62,000 bases of DNA, taken from NCBI RefSeq assembly GCF_000737315.1, contig NZ_JMCB01000004.1, positions 20,001 through 82,000 of the forward strand, written 5' to 3'. Shown here one piece after another: positions 39,805 to 48,886 of this stretch. The first letter of the stretch is position 1, and the number at the start of each line of letters is the position of its first letter. The notes under the pieces were generated by a model. That model had not been told where the DNA came from. It saw nothing but the letters and a program-made list of their open reading frames with translations, and did no database searches. A program made the translations under genes and the position numbers. Source of the stretch: Hyalangium minutum. GTDB taxonomy: Bacteria > Myxococcota > Myxococcia > Myxococcales > Myxococcaceae.

Positions 39805-40467
39805 TCAGTTCCGCCCGCCGGGCAGCTTGCGGTACACGCCCACGACGATCCCCAACAGCATCGTCGAGCGGAAGTCCGCCTTGTTCACGTAGATGGGCTG
39901 CATGTCCTTGTTCGCCGGCTGGAACCGGATGCGCTCGCCCTCGGGGAAGTAGCGCTTCACCGTCGCCTCATCCTCGATGAGTGCCACGACGATGTCCCCC
40001 GGCTGCGCCGCCGGCGTCTTGCGCACGAACAGGTAGTCCCCGTCGTGGATGCCATCCTCGATCATCGACTGGCCCTTCACTCGAAGCGCGAACACCTCGC
40101 GGCCCGCGCCTCCAATGAGGAAGCTGTCGATCTTGACCGAGTCCTCCATGTTCTCCTGGGCCAGCAGCGGCGCGCCTGCCGCCACCTTGCCCAAGAGCGG
40201 CACGTCCACCAGCCCCGAGTCCTTCTTCGCCCCCAGCCCCAGTAGCATCCGCGCCCGCTTGGTCGGCACCAGCGACCGGCTCTGCTGCTCGCCCCGGTTC
40301 AGGTAACCCTTGCGCTCCAGCGCCTTGAGGTGATCGTTCACCCCGTTGGTCGAGCGGATGTCCATCTGCTCGCCAATCTCGCGGATGGTGGGGGGAAACC
40401 CTCGGGACTCCGTCTCCTTCACGATGAAGGTGAGAATCTCGCGCTGGCGCTCCGTTAGCTCTTCCAT
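39805..40467 (-). CDS. lexA: SOS repressor LexA
   Basis: [21 protein letters not shown] cleavage site, GQSM catalytic Ser, TVKR catalytic Lys. Confidence 0.98.
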   Translation of the reverse strand: MEELTERQREILTFIVKETESRGFPPTIREIGEQMDIRSTNGVNDHLKALERKGYLNRGEQQSRSLVPTKRARMLLGLGAKKDSGLVDVPLLGKVAAGAPLLAQENMEDSVKIDSFLIGGAGREVFALRVKGQSMIEDGIHDGDYLFVRKTPAAQPGDIVVALIEDEATVKRYFPEGERIRFQPANKDMQPIYVNKADFRSTMLLGIVVGVYRKLPGGRN

Positions 40468-40540
40468 GCCTCACTCCCTCCCTCGGTGGGGGGCCCTGGC
40501 CGCTTTGGACCAGGGCAACAGGCTTTCAGTGTCCATGCTC

Positions 40541-40557
40541 CCTGAACAGGCGTGTAG
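40541..40557 (-). promoter_or_regulatory. LexA (SOS) box
   Basis: Minus strand reads CTACACGCCTGTTCAGG, fitting the M. xanthus consensus CTRHAMRYBYGTTCAGS. It abuts a TTGACT -35 of lexA. Confidence 0.9.
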
Positions 40558-40673
40558 AGTCAATCGTTTCGAGCAGGCAGGCGAGCCGACCCTTCGGGTT
40601 GCCTCCTTCCCTTCAGGGCTCTGTGAGAGAACTTGAGGTTTCGCACTGATCTGGGCGTACAATTTCTCCCGTC

Positions 40674-43600
40674 TTGTCCGAGCTACGACACACCCTGCTT
40701 CTCGTCGATGACGAGGCGGATGTACTGGACATCCTCGTCCGGATGTTCCAGCGGCAGTACCGCGTCCTCACCGCCACCTCCGGTCAGGAGGCTCTGTCCA
40801 TCCTCCGGACCCAGACGGTAGATGTCCTCATCACCGACCAGCGCATGCCCGAGATGACGGGCATCGAGCTCGTGTCGGCCTCCCGCGCCGAGGGCATCGA
40901 CGTCACCACGTTGCTGCTCACCGGCTACACGGACCCCGAAGACATCATCGCCGCCATCAACCAGGGCCAGGTCTACCGCTACATCACCAAGCCCTGGGAG
41001 GTGAATGATCTCCTCATCACCGTGCGCAACGCGGTGGACTACACGCAGCTGCGCCGCGACAAGGAGCGGCTTCTGCGCCAGCTCCACCAGCGCGTCGAGG
41101 CCCTCTTCGTCCTCTACGAGGTGAGCCGCGCCAGTGCCTCGGACCCGCCGAGCTACGAGGCCATCATCGACCGCGTGCTCAGCGCCGTGGCCCGTGTGCT
41201 GCCGTACGACTGCGGCGCCGCGCTCATTGCCCCGGATGACGCGCGCTCGGCCATCCTGCGTCTGCGTTGTCTGGGAACCGTGGGCGAGAAGGCCCTGCTG
41301 GGTGTGAAAGAGTCCATGCTCGGAGCCTACCGCCGCAGCTCCGGCCAGCTCCTGCCCGAGGACCGGCTCACCACCCGCGTCACTGGCACCATCACCCAGG
41401 ACTCCAGCGCTCCGGCCGTCTACCCGAGCCAGGTCACCGTCAGCCTCGTGGCCGGCGGCAAGCCCGTGGGCATGCTGTCGCTGTTCTCTCAGAACCCTCA
41501 GGCGTTCAGCGAGGACGATGGCGTGCTCTTGGACACGCTGGCCAACCAGACCGCAGACGCCATCCAGTCCCTGCGCGCCGTGGAGGAAGAGGCCCGCCGC
41601 CGCATCGAGCGCATGGTCGAGTCCATGGCCGACGGCGTGCTCCTCACCGATGAGGCGGACGCTATCGTCGTCATCAACCCCGCCGCACGGCGCCTGCTGC
41701 GCCTGGGCGAGGACGTGGGCACGCTCACCGGCCGCATGTTGGAGGAGCGCCTGGGTTTCGAGCCTTCCGAGCTCATTCGCGGCTGGGAGTACAGCGGCTC
41801 GCAGGTGCTCGAAGAAGAGGTCGAGCTGTTCGAGCGCCACATCCAGTGCACCGTCACCCCAGTGAATGACGCTCGCGGCACCGTGCGCGGTGTCTGCGTG
41901 GTGCTGCGCGACGTCACCGAGCAGAAGGTGCTCGAGGAGCGCAAGGACGAGTTCGTCTCCATGGTGAGCCACGAGCTGCGCACCCCGCTCACGTCCATCT
42001 CCGGCGCGCTGGACCTGGTGCTCAACTTCCTCGCGGGCCCCATCAACGAGAAGCAGCAGAAGTACCTGGCGATGGCCAAGGACTCCACCGAGAAGCTCAA
42101 CACCCTGGTGGATGACCTGCTGGATCTGGCCAAGTTCGCCAAGGGCCGGCTGCAGATGAACTTCGAGCTGACGTACCTCGACGAGCTGGTCCGCCGCGCC
42201 GTCGAGAAGTACGGCCCCGCCTTCCAGGAGCGGCGGGTGAAGGTGAACACCGCGCTGCCCCAGTACGGCTTGCGCGTCATGGCCGATCCCAACCGCGTCA
42301 ACCAGGTGCTCAACAACCTGCTGACCAACGCGGCCAAGTTCACCCCCGAGGGCGGCGAAGTCACCCTGGAGCTGCGCGCCACCTCGTCCCTGCCGGGCTT
42401 CGTGTCGCTGTCCTGCTGGAACAGCGGCGAGCCCATCGCCGACGAGAACCTCGAGCGCATCTTCGACCGCTTCGAGCAGGCCCGCACCCCGTCCAATCGC
42501 ACCGTGCGTGGCACTGGCCTGGGGCTCGCCATCTGCCGCCACATCGTCGAGGCCCACGGTGGCCGCATCTGGTGCGAGCCCAGCGTCCAGGGCGTGCGCT
42601 TCGTCACCGTGCTCCCCGTGGAGCCTCCCCAGGAGCTGCTCCGTCCCGACGCCAACGAGATCCCTTATCAGGCCCGCAAGCTCGATTCGCGCGGCCGGGT
42701 GCTCGTCATCGAGGGCGAGGTGGAGCTCGCCTACATCATCAAGGCGCTGCTGCTCGGGCGCGGATATGCGGTGCACATCGCCAGCACCGCCGAGGAGGGC
42801 ATCCAAGCCGCTCGGCGCCACCACCCGGACGCCGTCCTCGTGGCCGTGCGCCTGCCCGACGTGGACGGACTGCGCCTCACCGAGATCCTCCGGCACGATC
42901 CCGACACCCGGCGCACGCCGCTGCTCGTGAACTCCTCGTTCGATGAGCGCCAGCGCGCGTTCCGCTCGGGCGCGGACGCCTTCCTGTTGCGGCCCCTCAT
43001 GGTGGACAAGCTCCTGGCCACCGTGGACTCGCTGGTGCGCGGCCGCACCGGCCAGCAGCATGGCCGCGTGCTCGTCGTGGACGACGACGCGAAGATCGGC
43101 AGCATCTGCGGCGAGGTGCTCGCCAGCCTCGGGTTTGAAGTGACGGTGGTCGGCTCGCTCGAGGAGGCCCGGAAGATTCTCCGCGAGCGCCGCCCGGACG
43201 TCGTCCTCCTGGACGTGACGCTGCCGGACGGCGACGGCTTCGTCTTCATCGAGGAGATCAAGGCCGAGCGCGCCAGCGGCCACATCTCCGTCATCTTCCT
43301 GTCGGCCCGCGCGGAGACGGCCTCGAAGATCCGCGCCCTCAAGCTGGGCGGCGACGACTACATCACCAAGCCCTTCGATGCCCTGGAACTGGGCGCTCGC
43401 GTGGAGAGCGTGCTGCGCCGCAAGGAGCAGGAGCTGTCGGCCTCGCCCACCACGCAGCTGCCGGGCTCCAATGCCATCGAGCGCGAGGTGCAGCGCCGCC
43501 TCATGGCCCGCAAGCCCTTCGCCTTCTGCTACCTCGATCTCGACAACCTCAAGGCCTACAACGACTACTACGGCTTCGCGAAGGCCGATGGTGTCGTGCG

Positions 43601-44003
43601 TCAGACGGGCGACCTGCTGCGGGACATCTTCGCGCAGGAGGGCGTGCCCGGAGACTTCCTGGGCCACGTGGCGGGCGATGACTTCGTCTTCATCGTCGCC
43701 CCCGAGTCCGTGGACCGCATCTGCCAGCGCGCCATCGAAGCGTTCGACCGCATCATCCCGCTCTATTATGATCGGCAGGACCGCGAGCGCGGCCACATCG
43801 AGGCCGAGGACCGGTTCGGAGAGAAGCGGAAGTTCCCCATCATGAGTGTCTCCATCGTGGCGGTGATGAGCGACGGTGTGGCCCTGGATCACGCGGAACT
43901 GGCGCGGCGCGCCGCGGACATGAAGAAGCGCGCCAAGGCCATTCAAGGCTCCATCTACCTGCGCAGCGACCGCGAGCGGGAGACCCGGACCGTCACCGGA
44001 TGA
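40674..44003 (+). CDS. tmoK: Hybrid kinase REC-GAF-PAS-HisKA-HATPase-REC-REC-GGDEF(degenerate); TmoK-like
   Basis: SHELRTPL, NAAKF, GTGLGL. REC2 lacks the phospho-Asp. GGDEF reads AGDDF. Name from recalled M. xanthus synteny and domain order. Confidence 0.8.
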   Translation: MSELRHTLLLVDDEADVLDILVRMFQRQYRVLTATSGQEALSILRTQTVDVLITDQRMPEMTGIELVSASRAEGIDVTTLLLTGYTDPEDIIAAINQGQVYRYITKPWEVNDLLITVRNAVDYTQLRRDKERLLRQLHQRVEALFVLYEVSRASASDPPSYEAIIDRVLSAVARVLPYDCGAALIAPDDARSAILRLRCLGTVGEKALLGVKESMLGAYRRSSGQLLPEDRLTTRVTGTITQDSSAPAVYPSQVTVSLVAGGKPVGMLSLFSQNPQAFSEDDGVLLDTLANQTADAIQSLRAVEEEARRRIERMVESMADGVLLTDEADAIVVINPAARRLLRLGEDVGTLTGRMLEERLGFEPSELIRGWEYSGSQVLEEEVELFERHIQCTVTPVNDARGTVRGVCVVLRDVTEQKVLEERKDEFVSMVSHELRTPLTSISGALDLVLNFLAGPINEKQQKYLAMAKDSTEKLNTLVDDLLDLAKFAKGRLQMNFELTYLDELVRRAVEKYGPAFQERRVKVNTALPQYGLRVMADPNRVNQVLNNLLTNAAKFTPEGGEVTLELRATSSLPGFVSLSCWNSGEPIADENLERIFDRFEQARTPSNRTVRGTGLGLAICRHIVEAHGGRIWCEPSVQGVRFVTVLPVEPPQELLRPDANEIPYQARKLDSRGRVLVIEGEVELAYIIKALLLGRGYAVHIASTAEEGIQAARRHHPDAVLVAVRLPDVDGLRLTEILRHDPDTRRTPLLVNSSFDERQRAFRSGADAFLLRPLMVDKLLATVDSLVRGRTGQQHGRVLVVDDDAKIGSICGEVLASLGFEVTVVGSLEEARKILRERRPDVVLLDVTLPDGDGFVFIEEIKAERASGHISVIFLSARAETASKIRALKLGGDDYITKPFDALELGARVESVLRRKEQELSASPTTQLPGSNAIEREVQRRLMARKPFAFCYLDLDNLKAYNDYYGFAKADGVVRQTGDLLRDIFAQEGVPGDFLGHVAGDDFVFIVAPESVDRICQRAIEAFDRIIPLYYDRQDRERGHIEAEDRFGEKRKFPIMSVSIVAVMSDGVALDHAELARRAADMKKRAKAIQGSIYLRSDRERETRTVTG

Positions 44004-45835
44004 AGCTCTACCAGCAGCTGATCCTCTTCATGCTGGCAGCCACCGTCCTGCCCCTCGCGGTGGTGGGCTTCTACCTTTTGTCGAGCTCCGAGGCGGAGCT
44101 CGTCCGGCGCATCTCCAGCGAGCAACGCGCGCTGGCCGAGGCCTCCGCCGAGAGCGTGGGCAGCACGCTCATGAAGACCGTGGATGCCATGGCGCTGGTG
44201 GCCGAGTCCCTCGAGTGGGACGGTCTCAATGATGATGAGGCCCGTGGCGCGCTGACCCTGATCTTCCGCCAGTCCAACGCCGTGAGCGCGGTGATGCGGC
44301 TGGACTCCGCCGGCAAGCCCCTGGGCCAGCCCGTGTTCTACACCCAGGAGTCCAATGGCCACCCGGGCTTCGCCGAGGCCTCCCTGGAGACGCTCTCGCA
44401 GTCCGTGCCCGTGCAGACGCTGAAGCATGGAGACAAGGGCCAGGCGGCCCTGGGCCGCGTCTACGCCCACGCCCTCAGCGGGCATTCCGCCGTCGCCGTG
44501 GCCATCAAGCTGGGCGCTGGCGAGAATGCCTCGTTCGCCCTGGCCGAGATCGTCCTGAAGGACCTGGAAGACGTGCTGGCGCACAAGGCCAAGGACAGCG
44601 TGGGCCGGTTGGATCTGGTGGATAGCACCGGGCGCATCCTGGTGAGCTCCGAGCCCGAGCGGCGGCTCGCCATGCTGGAGGCCGCTGTCCAGGCCCAGCG
44701 GACCGCCGCCGCGGGAGAGATGGTCCGCAGCTTCCAGGTGGAGCAGCCCTCGCTCCGAGTGAGCGCGGCACGGGTGCCGCGGGCGCTGGACTTCGACGTG
44801 GTGGTCTCCGTGGACGAGGCCGTGGCCCTGGCCCCCGTCCGCACCATGCGCCACACGGTGCTGGGCTCCATTGGCGGCTCGTTCGCGGTGCTGTTGGCCC
44901 TGGGCGCGCTCTTCACCCGCCGCATCACCGCCCGGCTCTCCCAGGTCTCCTCCGCCGTCGAGGCCCTGGGGCGCGGCGAGCTGGATCGGCGCGTGAAGGT
45001 GGATGGCGATGACGAGATCAGCGCCCTGGCCTCCACCTTCAACATCATGGGCGCCGAGCTGGAGGCGGCCCGCGCTCGGCTCATGCGCTGGAACGATGAT
45101 CTGCGCGCCAAGGTGGATGAGGCCACGGCCGAGTTGAAGGCCGCCCAGGTTCAGTTGCTCGAGGCGCAGAAGCTGGCCGCCGTGGGCCAGTTGGGCGCCG
45201 GCGTGGCCCACGAGCTCAACAACCCGCTGGCCGGCATCCTCGGCTACGTGCAGCTCATGCTCATGAGCCGCAACGACAGCGACGATGACATGGACACGCT
45301 GCGGAAGATCGAGCAGAGCGCCAAGCGCTGCAAGGAGATCACCCAGAACCTCCTGCGCTTCTCCCAGCAGCGCGCCCGCGCGGACCTGCGTGCCGTGGAC
45401 CTGAACAACGTGGTGCGCGAGGCGCTCAGCCTCACCGAGAGCCAGATGAAGGGAGAGGGCGTCTCCCTCCAGATGGAGCTGGCGCCTCCCGTGCGCGTGA
45501 AGGCGGACCCCGCGCAGTCCACCCAGGTGGTGCTGGCCCTCGTGTCCAACGCCCGCACCGCCATGCTGAAGACGGGCTCCAAGGTCCTCACCCTCCGGAC
45601 GGGCGAGCGCGACGGCAAGGGCTTCATCGAAGTCGAGGACACCGGCAAGGGCATCCTCCCCGAGCACCGCCACCGCGTCTTCGAGCCCTTCTTCACCACC
45701 AAGGATGTGTGGTCCAATGTGGGGCTCGGGCTGTCGGTGGCCTACCGGATCGTGAGTGAAGCCGGCGGCACCATCGACATGCGGAGCGAGGTGGGCAAGG
45801 GATCGTGCTTCACCGTGTGGCTGACGAAGGCGTGA
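44000..45835 (+). CDS. Membrane sensor histidine kinase (periplasmic Cache-like, HAMP, HisKA, HATPase)
   Basis: Two TMs, HAMP DDEISALASTFN, AHELNNPL, EPFFTTK, GLGL. ATGA overlap with tmoK. Confidence 0.93.
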   Translation: MKLYQQLILFMLAATVLPLAVVGFYLLSSSEAELVRRISSEQRALAEASAESVGSTLMKTVDAMALVAESLEWDGLNDDEARGALTLIFRQSNAVSAVMRLDSAGKPLGQPVFYTQESNGHPGFAEASLETLSQSVPVQTLKHGDKGQAALGRVYAHALSGHSAVAVAIKLGAGENASFALAEIVLKDLEDVLAHKAKDSVGRLDLVDSTGRILVSSEPERRLAMLEAAVQAQRTAAAGEMVRSFQVEQPSLRVSAARVPRALDFDVVVSVDEAVALAPVRTMRHTVLGSIGGSFAVLLALGALFTRRITARLSQVSSAVEALGRGELDRRVKVDGDDEISALASTFNIMGAELEAARARLMRWNDDLRAKVDEATAELKAAQVQLLEAQKLAAVGQLGAGVAHELNNPLAGILGYVQLMLMSRNDSDDDMDTLRKIEQSAKRCKEITQNLLRFSQQRARADLRAVDLNNVVREALSLTESQMKGEGVSLQMELAPPVRVKADPAQSTQVVLALVSNARTAMLKTGSKVLTLRTGERDGKGFIEVEDTGKGILPEHRHRVFEPFFTTKDVWSNVGLGLSVAYRIVSEAGGTIDMRSEVGKGSCFTVWLTKA

Positions 45836-45872
45836 GCCTCGCCCGCGCGTGCGGTAGCCTTGCGACAACACA

Positions 45873-46856
45873 ATGGCTGGAAATTCTCCCCCCAGGCGCC
45901 AGGCGCCCTTCATCCTCGGGCTCGTCCTGATCCTCGCGGCGCTGCCGCTGGGGTACTTCGTGTTTCTCCACCAGCCTCCGCCGCCTCCCGTGGCGCCTCC
46001 GCCGCCGCCACCGCCGCCCGCGGTCGTCGAGCAGAAGGCTCCGGAGAAGCCCCAGGAACTGACGATCACCGATGTGAAGGGTGACGTCGAGGTCCGGCGC
46101 GCGGACGGCACGTGGGAGCCGGTGAAGCCCGGCCGCAAGCTGCTCCCTTCAGAGGTGCTGCGCACCAAGGACGGCGGGACGGCGTCTCTCCGTGGCGACG
46201 CCGCGGACGTGACAGTGGAGCCCAGCTCCGAGATGTCGATGGAGGAGATCTCCGCCACCGCGACCCGGTTCCTGCTCGTCAACGGTATGGCGACCGCCGA
46301 GGTGCACTCGGGCGTCCGGCACACCTTGGTGATGCGCGCCACGGGCAGTGATGCCGTGGCGACCACCACCGCAGGCAAGTTCGCCATGAGCAACAACGGC
46401 GCGGGCACCGTCGCCGTCGGCACGCAGGCGGGTGAGGTCACCTTCCAGGGCAACGGGAAGATCGTCATCGTCCGCGCCGGCCAGCAGTCCGTGGTGCGGC
46501 CGGGCTCCAGCGGCCCCTCCGAGCCGGTGAACATTCCCTCCAGCCTGCTGCGCAAGGTGCAGTGGCCCTCGGCGCGGCAGAACAAGCGCGAGATCATCGT
46601 TCAGGGCGAGGCCGAGCCCGGCACCCGCCTGGAGATCGGCGGACAGACGTTCTCTCCGGGCCAGGACGGCGTCTTCACTCGCACCGTGTCCCTGAAGGAA
46701 GGGGAGAACGACGTGAAGCTCAAGGTCTCCTCCGTGGGCGGCAACCAGGAGGAGGCGAGCCAGAAGTTCCACGTCGACACCCAGGCTCCCAAGTTCAAGG
46801 TGAAGATCCCCTGGAATAACGCAGGGGGTCAGACTTCACCCAATCCGAATCCCTGA
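45873..46856 (+). CDS. Membrane-anchored FecR-domain protein with C-terminal Ig-like module
   Basis: N-terminal TM, Pro linker, FecR-like GDVEV..W...L...EVLRT..G.ASL, GEVTF. Ig module GEAEPG...GEN. Confidence 0.75.
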   Translation: MAGNSPPRRQAPFILGLVLILAALPLGYFVFLHQPPPPPVAPPPPPPPPAVVEQKAPEKPQELTITDVKGDVEVRRADGTWEPVKPGRKLLPSEVLRTKDGGTASLRGDAADVTVEPSSEMSMEEISATATRFLLVNGMATAEVHSGVRHTLVMRATGSDAVATTTAGKFAMSNNGAGTVAVGTQAGEVTFQGNGKIVIVRAGQQSVVRPGSSGPSEPVNIPSSLLRKVQWPSARQNKREIIVQGEAEPGTRLEIGGQTFSPGQDGVFTRTVSLKEGENDVKLKVSSVGGNQEEASQKFHVDTQAPKFKVKIPWNNAGGQTSPNPNP

Positions 46857-46948
46857 AGCGCATGACGCCTCGGCGCTGCCAGCCGAGTTCCCGCCCTGCG
46901 AGATAGGATTTCTGGGATTCCGGAGGGGATTGTAGAGTCGGAGACAAT

Positions 46949-48886
46949 CTGAACCGGCTTGCTCCAGTCCTGCTCCTACTGCTCGCTCCGGCAGCGCTGG
47001 CGGATACGCTCGAAATCCTCGGGCCTTCCGAGGCCGTGCCGCCGGAGGGCTTTGCCGTGGCGCTCGTGCGGCGCGACGCGGTGGGGGCCCCTGCTTCTCT
47101 GGAGGCCCCGGTGCTGTCCGCCGAGGGCGCTGAGGTTCGCGCTGGAGCTCCGCAGCCGCCGCTGAGCACCTTCCTCGTCCAGCCCCAGCCGGGCGCTCGG
47201 ACCGTGGTGCTGCACGCTCGCTCCGGCTCGCTGCAGGCCGAAGCGCGGTATGCCATTGGCCCTCCGGTCTCCGCTGTCACCTTGGCGCTCGAGCCCGCCA
47301 CTCCCGTGAAGGGACGGGACAAGGAAGCCACCCTCACCGTGCGGCTGCTGCGGCCGGATGGGACGCCGGATGATTCCGGTGCGCCGCCCGTGGTGCGCTC
47401 GAACGTGGGCCGCGTGGAGGCGCTCTCGAGGACGGGGCCCGGCACGTACCGCGCCCGCTACGTGCTGCCCTCCACGAGCTACCCGGAGGTGGCCGTCCTC
47501 GTGGCGCTCTCGGCATGGCCGCACCCGCAGTCCATCTATGGCGCGTTCGGGAAGATGCTCGTCCCGCTGGCGGCGGCCGTGGATCTGCCGGGCGAGACGG
47601 AGCCGGATGCGCAGATCTCCATCACCATCGCCGGGAAGACGTATGGCCCGGCGCAGGCCGGCAGGGATGGGAGCTTCCAGCTCCCGGTGATCGTCCCTCC
47701 TGGGTTTCCGTTCGGACAGGGGCGCGTGGTGGACAGGGCGGGCAACGTCCGGCGCACGCCCATCGATCTCGGCGTGCCTCCCACGGATGGCCTGGCCTGC
47801 GTGCTCAACCCAACGCGGCTGCCCGCGGATGGGGCCTCGCGCGCGCGGCTGCTGTGCGCGGCGAGTGATCGGCTGGGCCGGCTCATGCCGGATGCCCGCG
47901 TCACCGCGAAGCCGCGCTACGGAACGCTGCGAGGGCCCCAGCGCGCCGAGGGCGGTCTGCTCGAGTGGATCTACACGGCGCCTCGGGAGCTCCCCACGGA
48001 GCCCGAGCGCATCCTGGCGGCGTGGCCCCAGGGCGGCTCGAACTCTCGGGAGGAGCTGACGCTCCAGCTGGTCCAGGGGCCGGTGGAGAAGGTCTCCGTG
48101 TCCATGGCCGAGCCGCTCGTGCACCACGGCGCCGAGGTGCCGCTGGCCGTCGAGGTGGAGGATGCCTTCGGCCGGCGCCGCCCGGGTGCCCAGGTGGTGC
48201 TCAGCGTTCCCGAGGGGACAGCCTCTCCGCTGAAGGAAGAGCGCCCGGGAACGTTCCGAGGCACGTGGACACTGCCCGCCGAGGGGCCGGGCGGGGAGGG
48301 CGTCGTACAGGTGCGCGCGTTTGGCCCCGTTGGCAGCGAGCCCGCTCGCCTCAGTGCGTGGGTCCGGGACGGAGAGCTGTTCGTAGGCGTGTCGGATCTG
48401 GCCGGCCTGCCCATCCCCGCGCAGCCGTTGAAGGTGGGCGGTGAGCAGCGCGAGACGGGAGCGGATGGCACGGTGAGCCTGGGCCTGCTGCGCCCCGGCC
48501 GGGTCGAGGTCGTCCACGGCATCTGGCCCGGGCTGCGCAAGGTGATTCATGTGCTGGGCTCCAGCGGCCCGGTGTATCCGCAGGACCTCCCGCTGGTGCC
48601 CGCTCCCGTGGAGAAGAAGGTGAGCATCGAGGCCTTCATCCCCGTGAACGTGCGGCTCCAGGTGGAGGGCTCTCGGGTGACGTACTGGGCGGAGGATCTC
48701 CGCGGGAACGTGCTCCCTCAGCGCCCCCTGCATGTGGCGCTCTCTTCCGGACGCCAGGAGGCGGTGGAGAAGCTCCGTGACGGGAAGATCCGGTTCACCG
48801 TCGCAGGCGCCCGGCCCGGGCGGGTCAGCGTGTCCGTGGCGGATGTGCAGACGGGGATGACGGCTGTGGCCGAGGTGAAGCCGTGA
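46949..48886 (+). CDS. Secreted multi-Ig-domain (invasin/Big-like) protein; probable CTG start
   Basis: Frame is open upstream of the ORF-track GTG 47036 and encodes a signal peptide (NRLAPVLLLLLAPAALA-DT). Repeated Ig-like beta domains. TGA overlaps the next GTG. Confidence 0.65.
   Translation: MNRLAPVLLLLLAPAALADTLEILGPSEAVPPEGFAVALVRRDAVGAPASLEAPVLSAEGAEVRAGAPQPPLSTFLVQPQPGARTVVLHARSGSLQAEARYAIGPPVSAVTLALEPATPVKGRDKEATLTVRLLRPDGTPDDSGAPPVVRSNVGRVEALSRTGPGTYRARYVLPSTSYPEVAVLVALSAWPHPQSIYGAFGKMLVPLAAAVDLPGETEPDAQISITIAGKTYGPAQAGRDGSFQLPVIVPPGFPFGQGRVVDRAGNVRRTPIDLGVPPTDGLACVLNPTRLPADGASRARLLCAASDRLGRLMPDARVTAKPRYGTLRGPQRAEGGLLEWIYTAPRELPTEPERILAAWPQGGSNSREELTLQLVQGPVEKVSVSMAEPLVHHGAEVPLAVEVEDAFGRRRPGAQVVLSVPEGTASPLKEERPGTFRGTWTLPAEGPGGEGVVQVRAFGPVGSEPARLSAWVRDGELFVGVSDLAGLPIPAQPLKVGGEQRETGADGTVSLGLLRPGRVEVVHGIWPGLRKVIHVLGSSGPVYPQDLPLVPAPVEKKVSIEAFIPVNVRLQVEGSRVTYWAEDLRGNVLPQRPLHVALSSGRQEAVEKLRDGKIRFTVAGARPGRVSVSVADVQTGMTAVAEVKP

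Noticed and set aside
40683-46597. Very long antisense ORFs (1087 aa and 880 aa) opposite tmoK and the HAMP kinase
   Set aside because: Shadow ORFs typical of high-GC coding DNA; no recognisable domains, while the sense strand has clear motifs.
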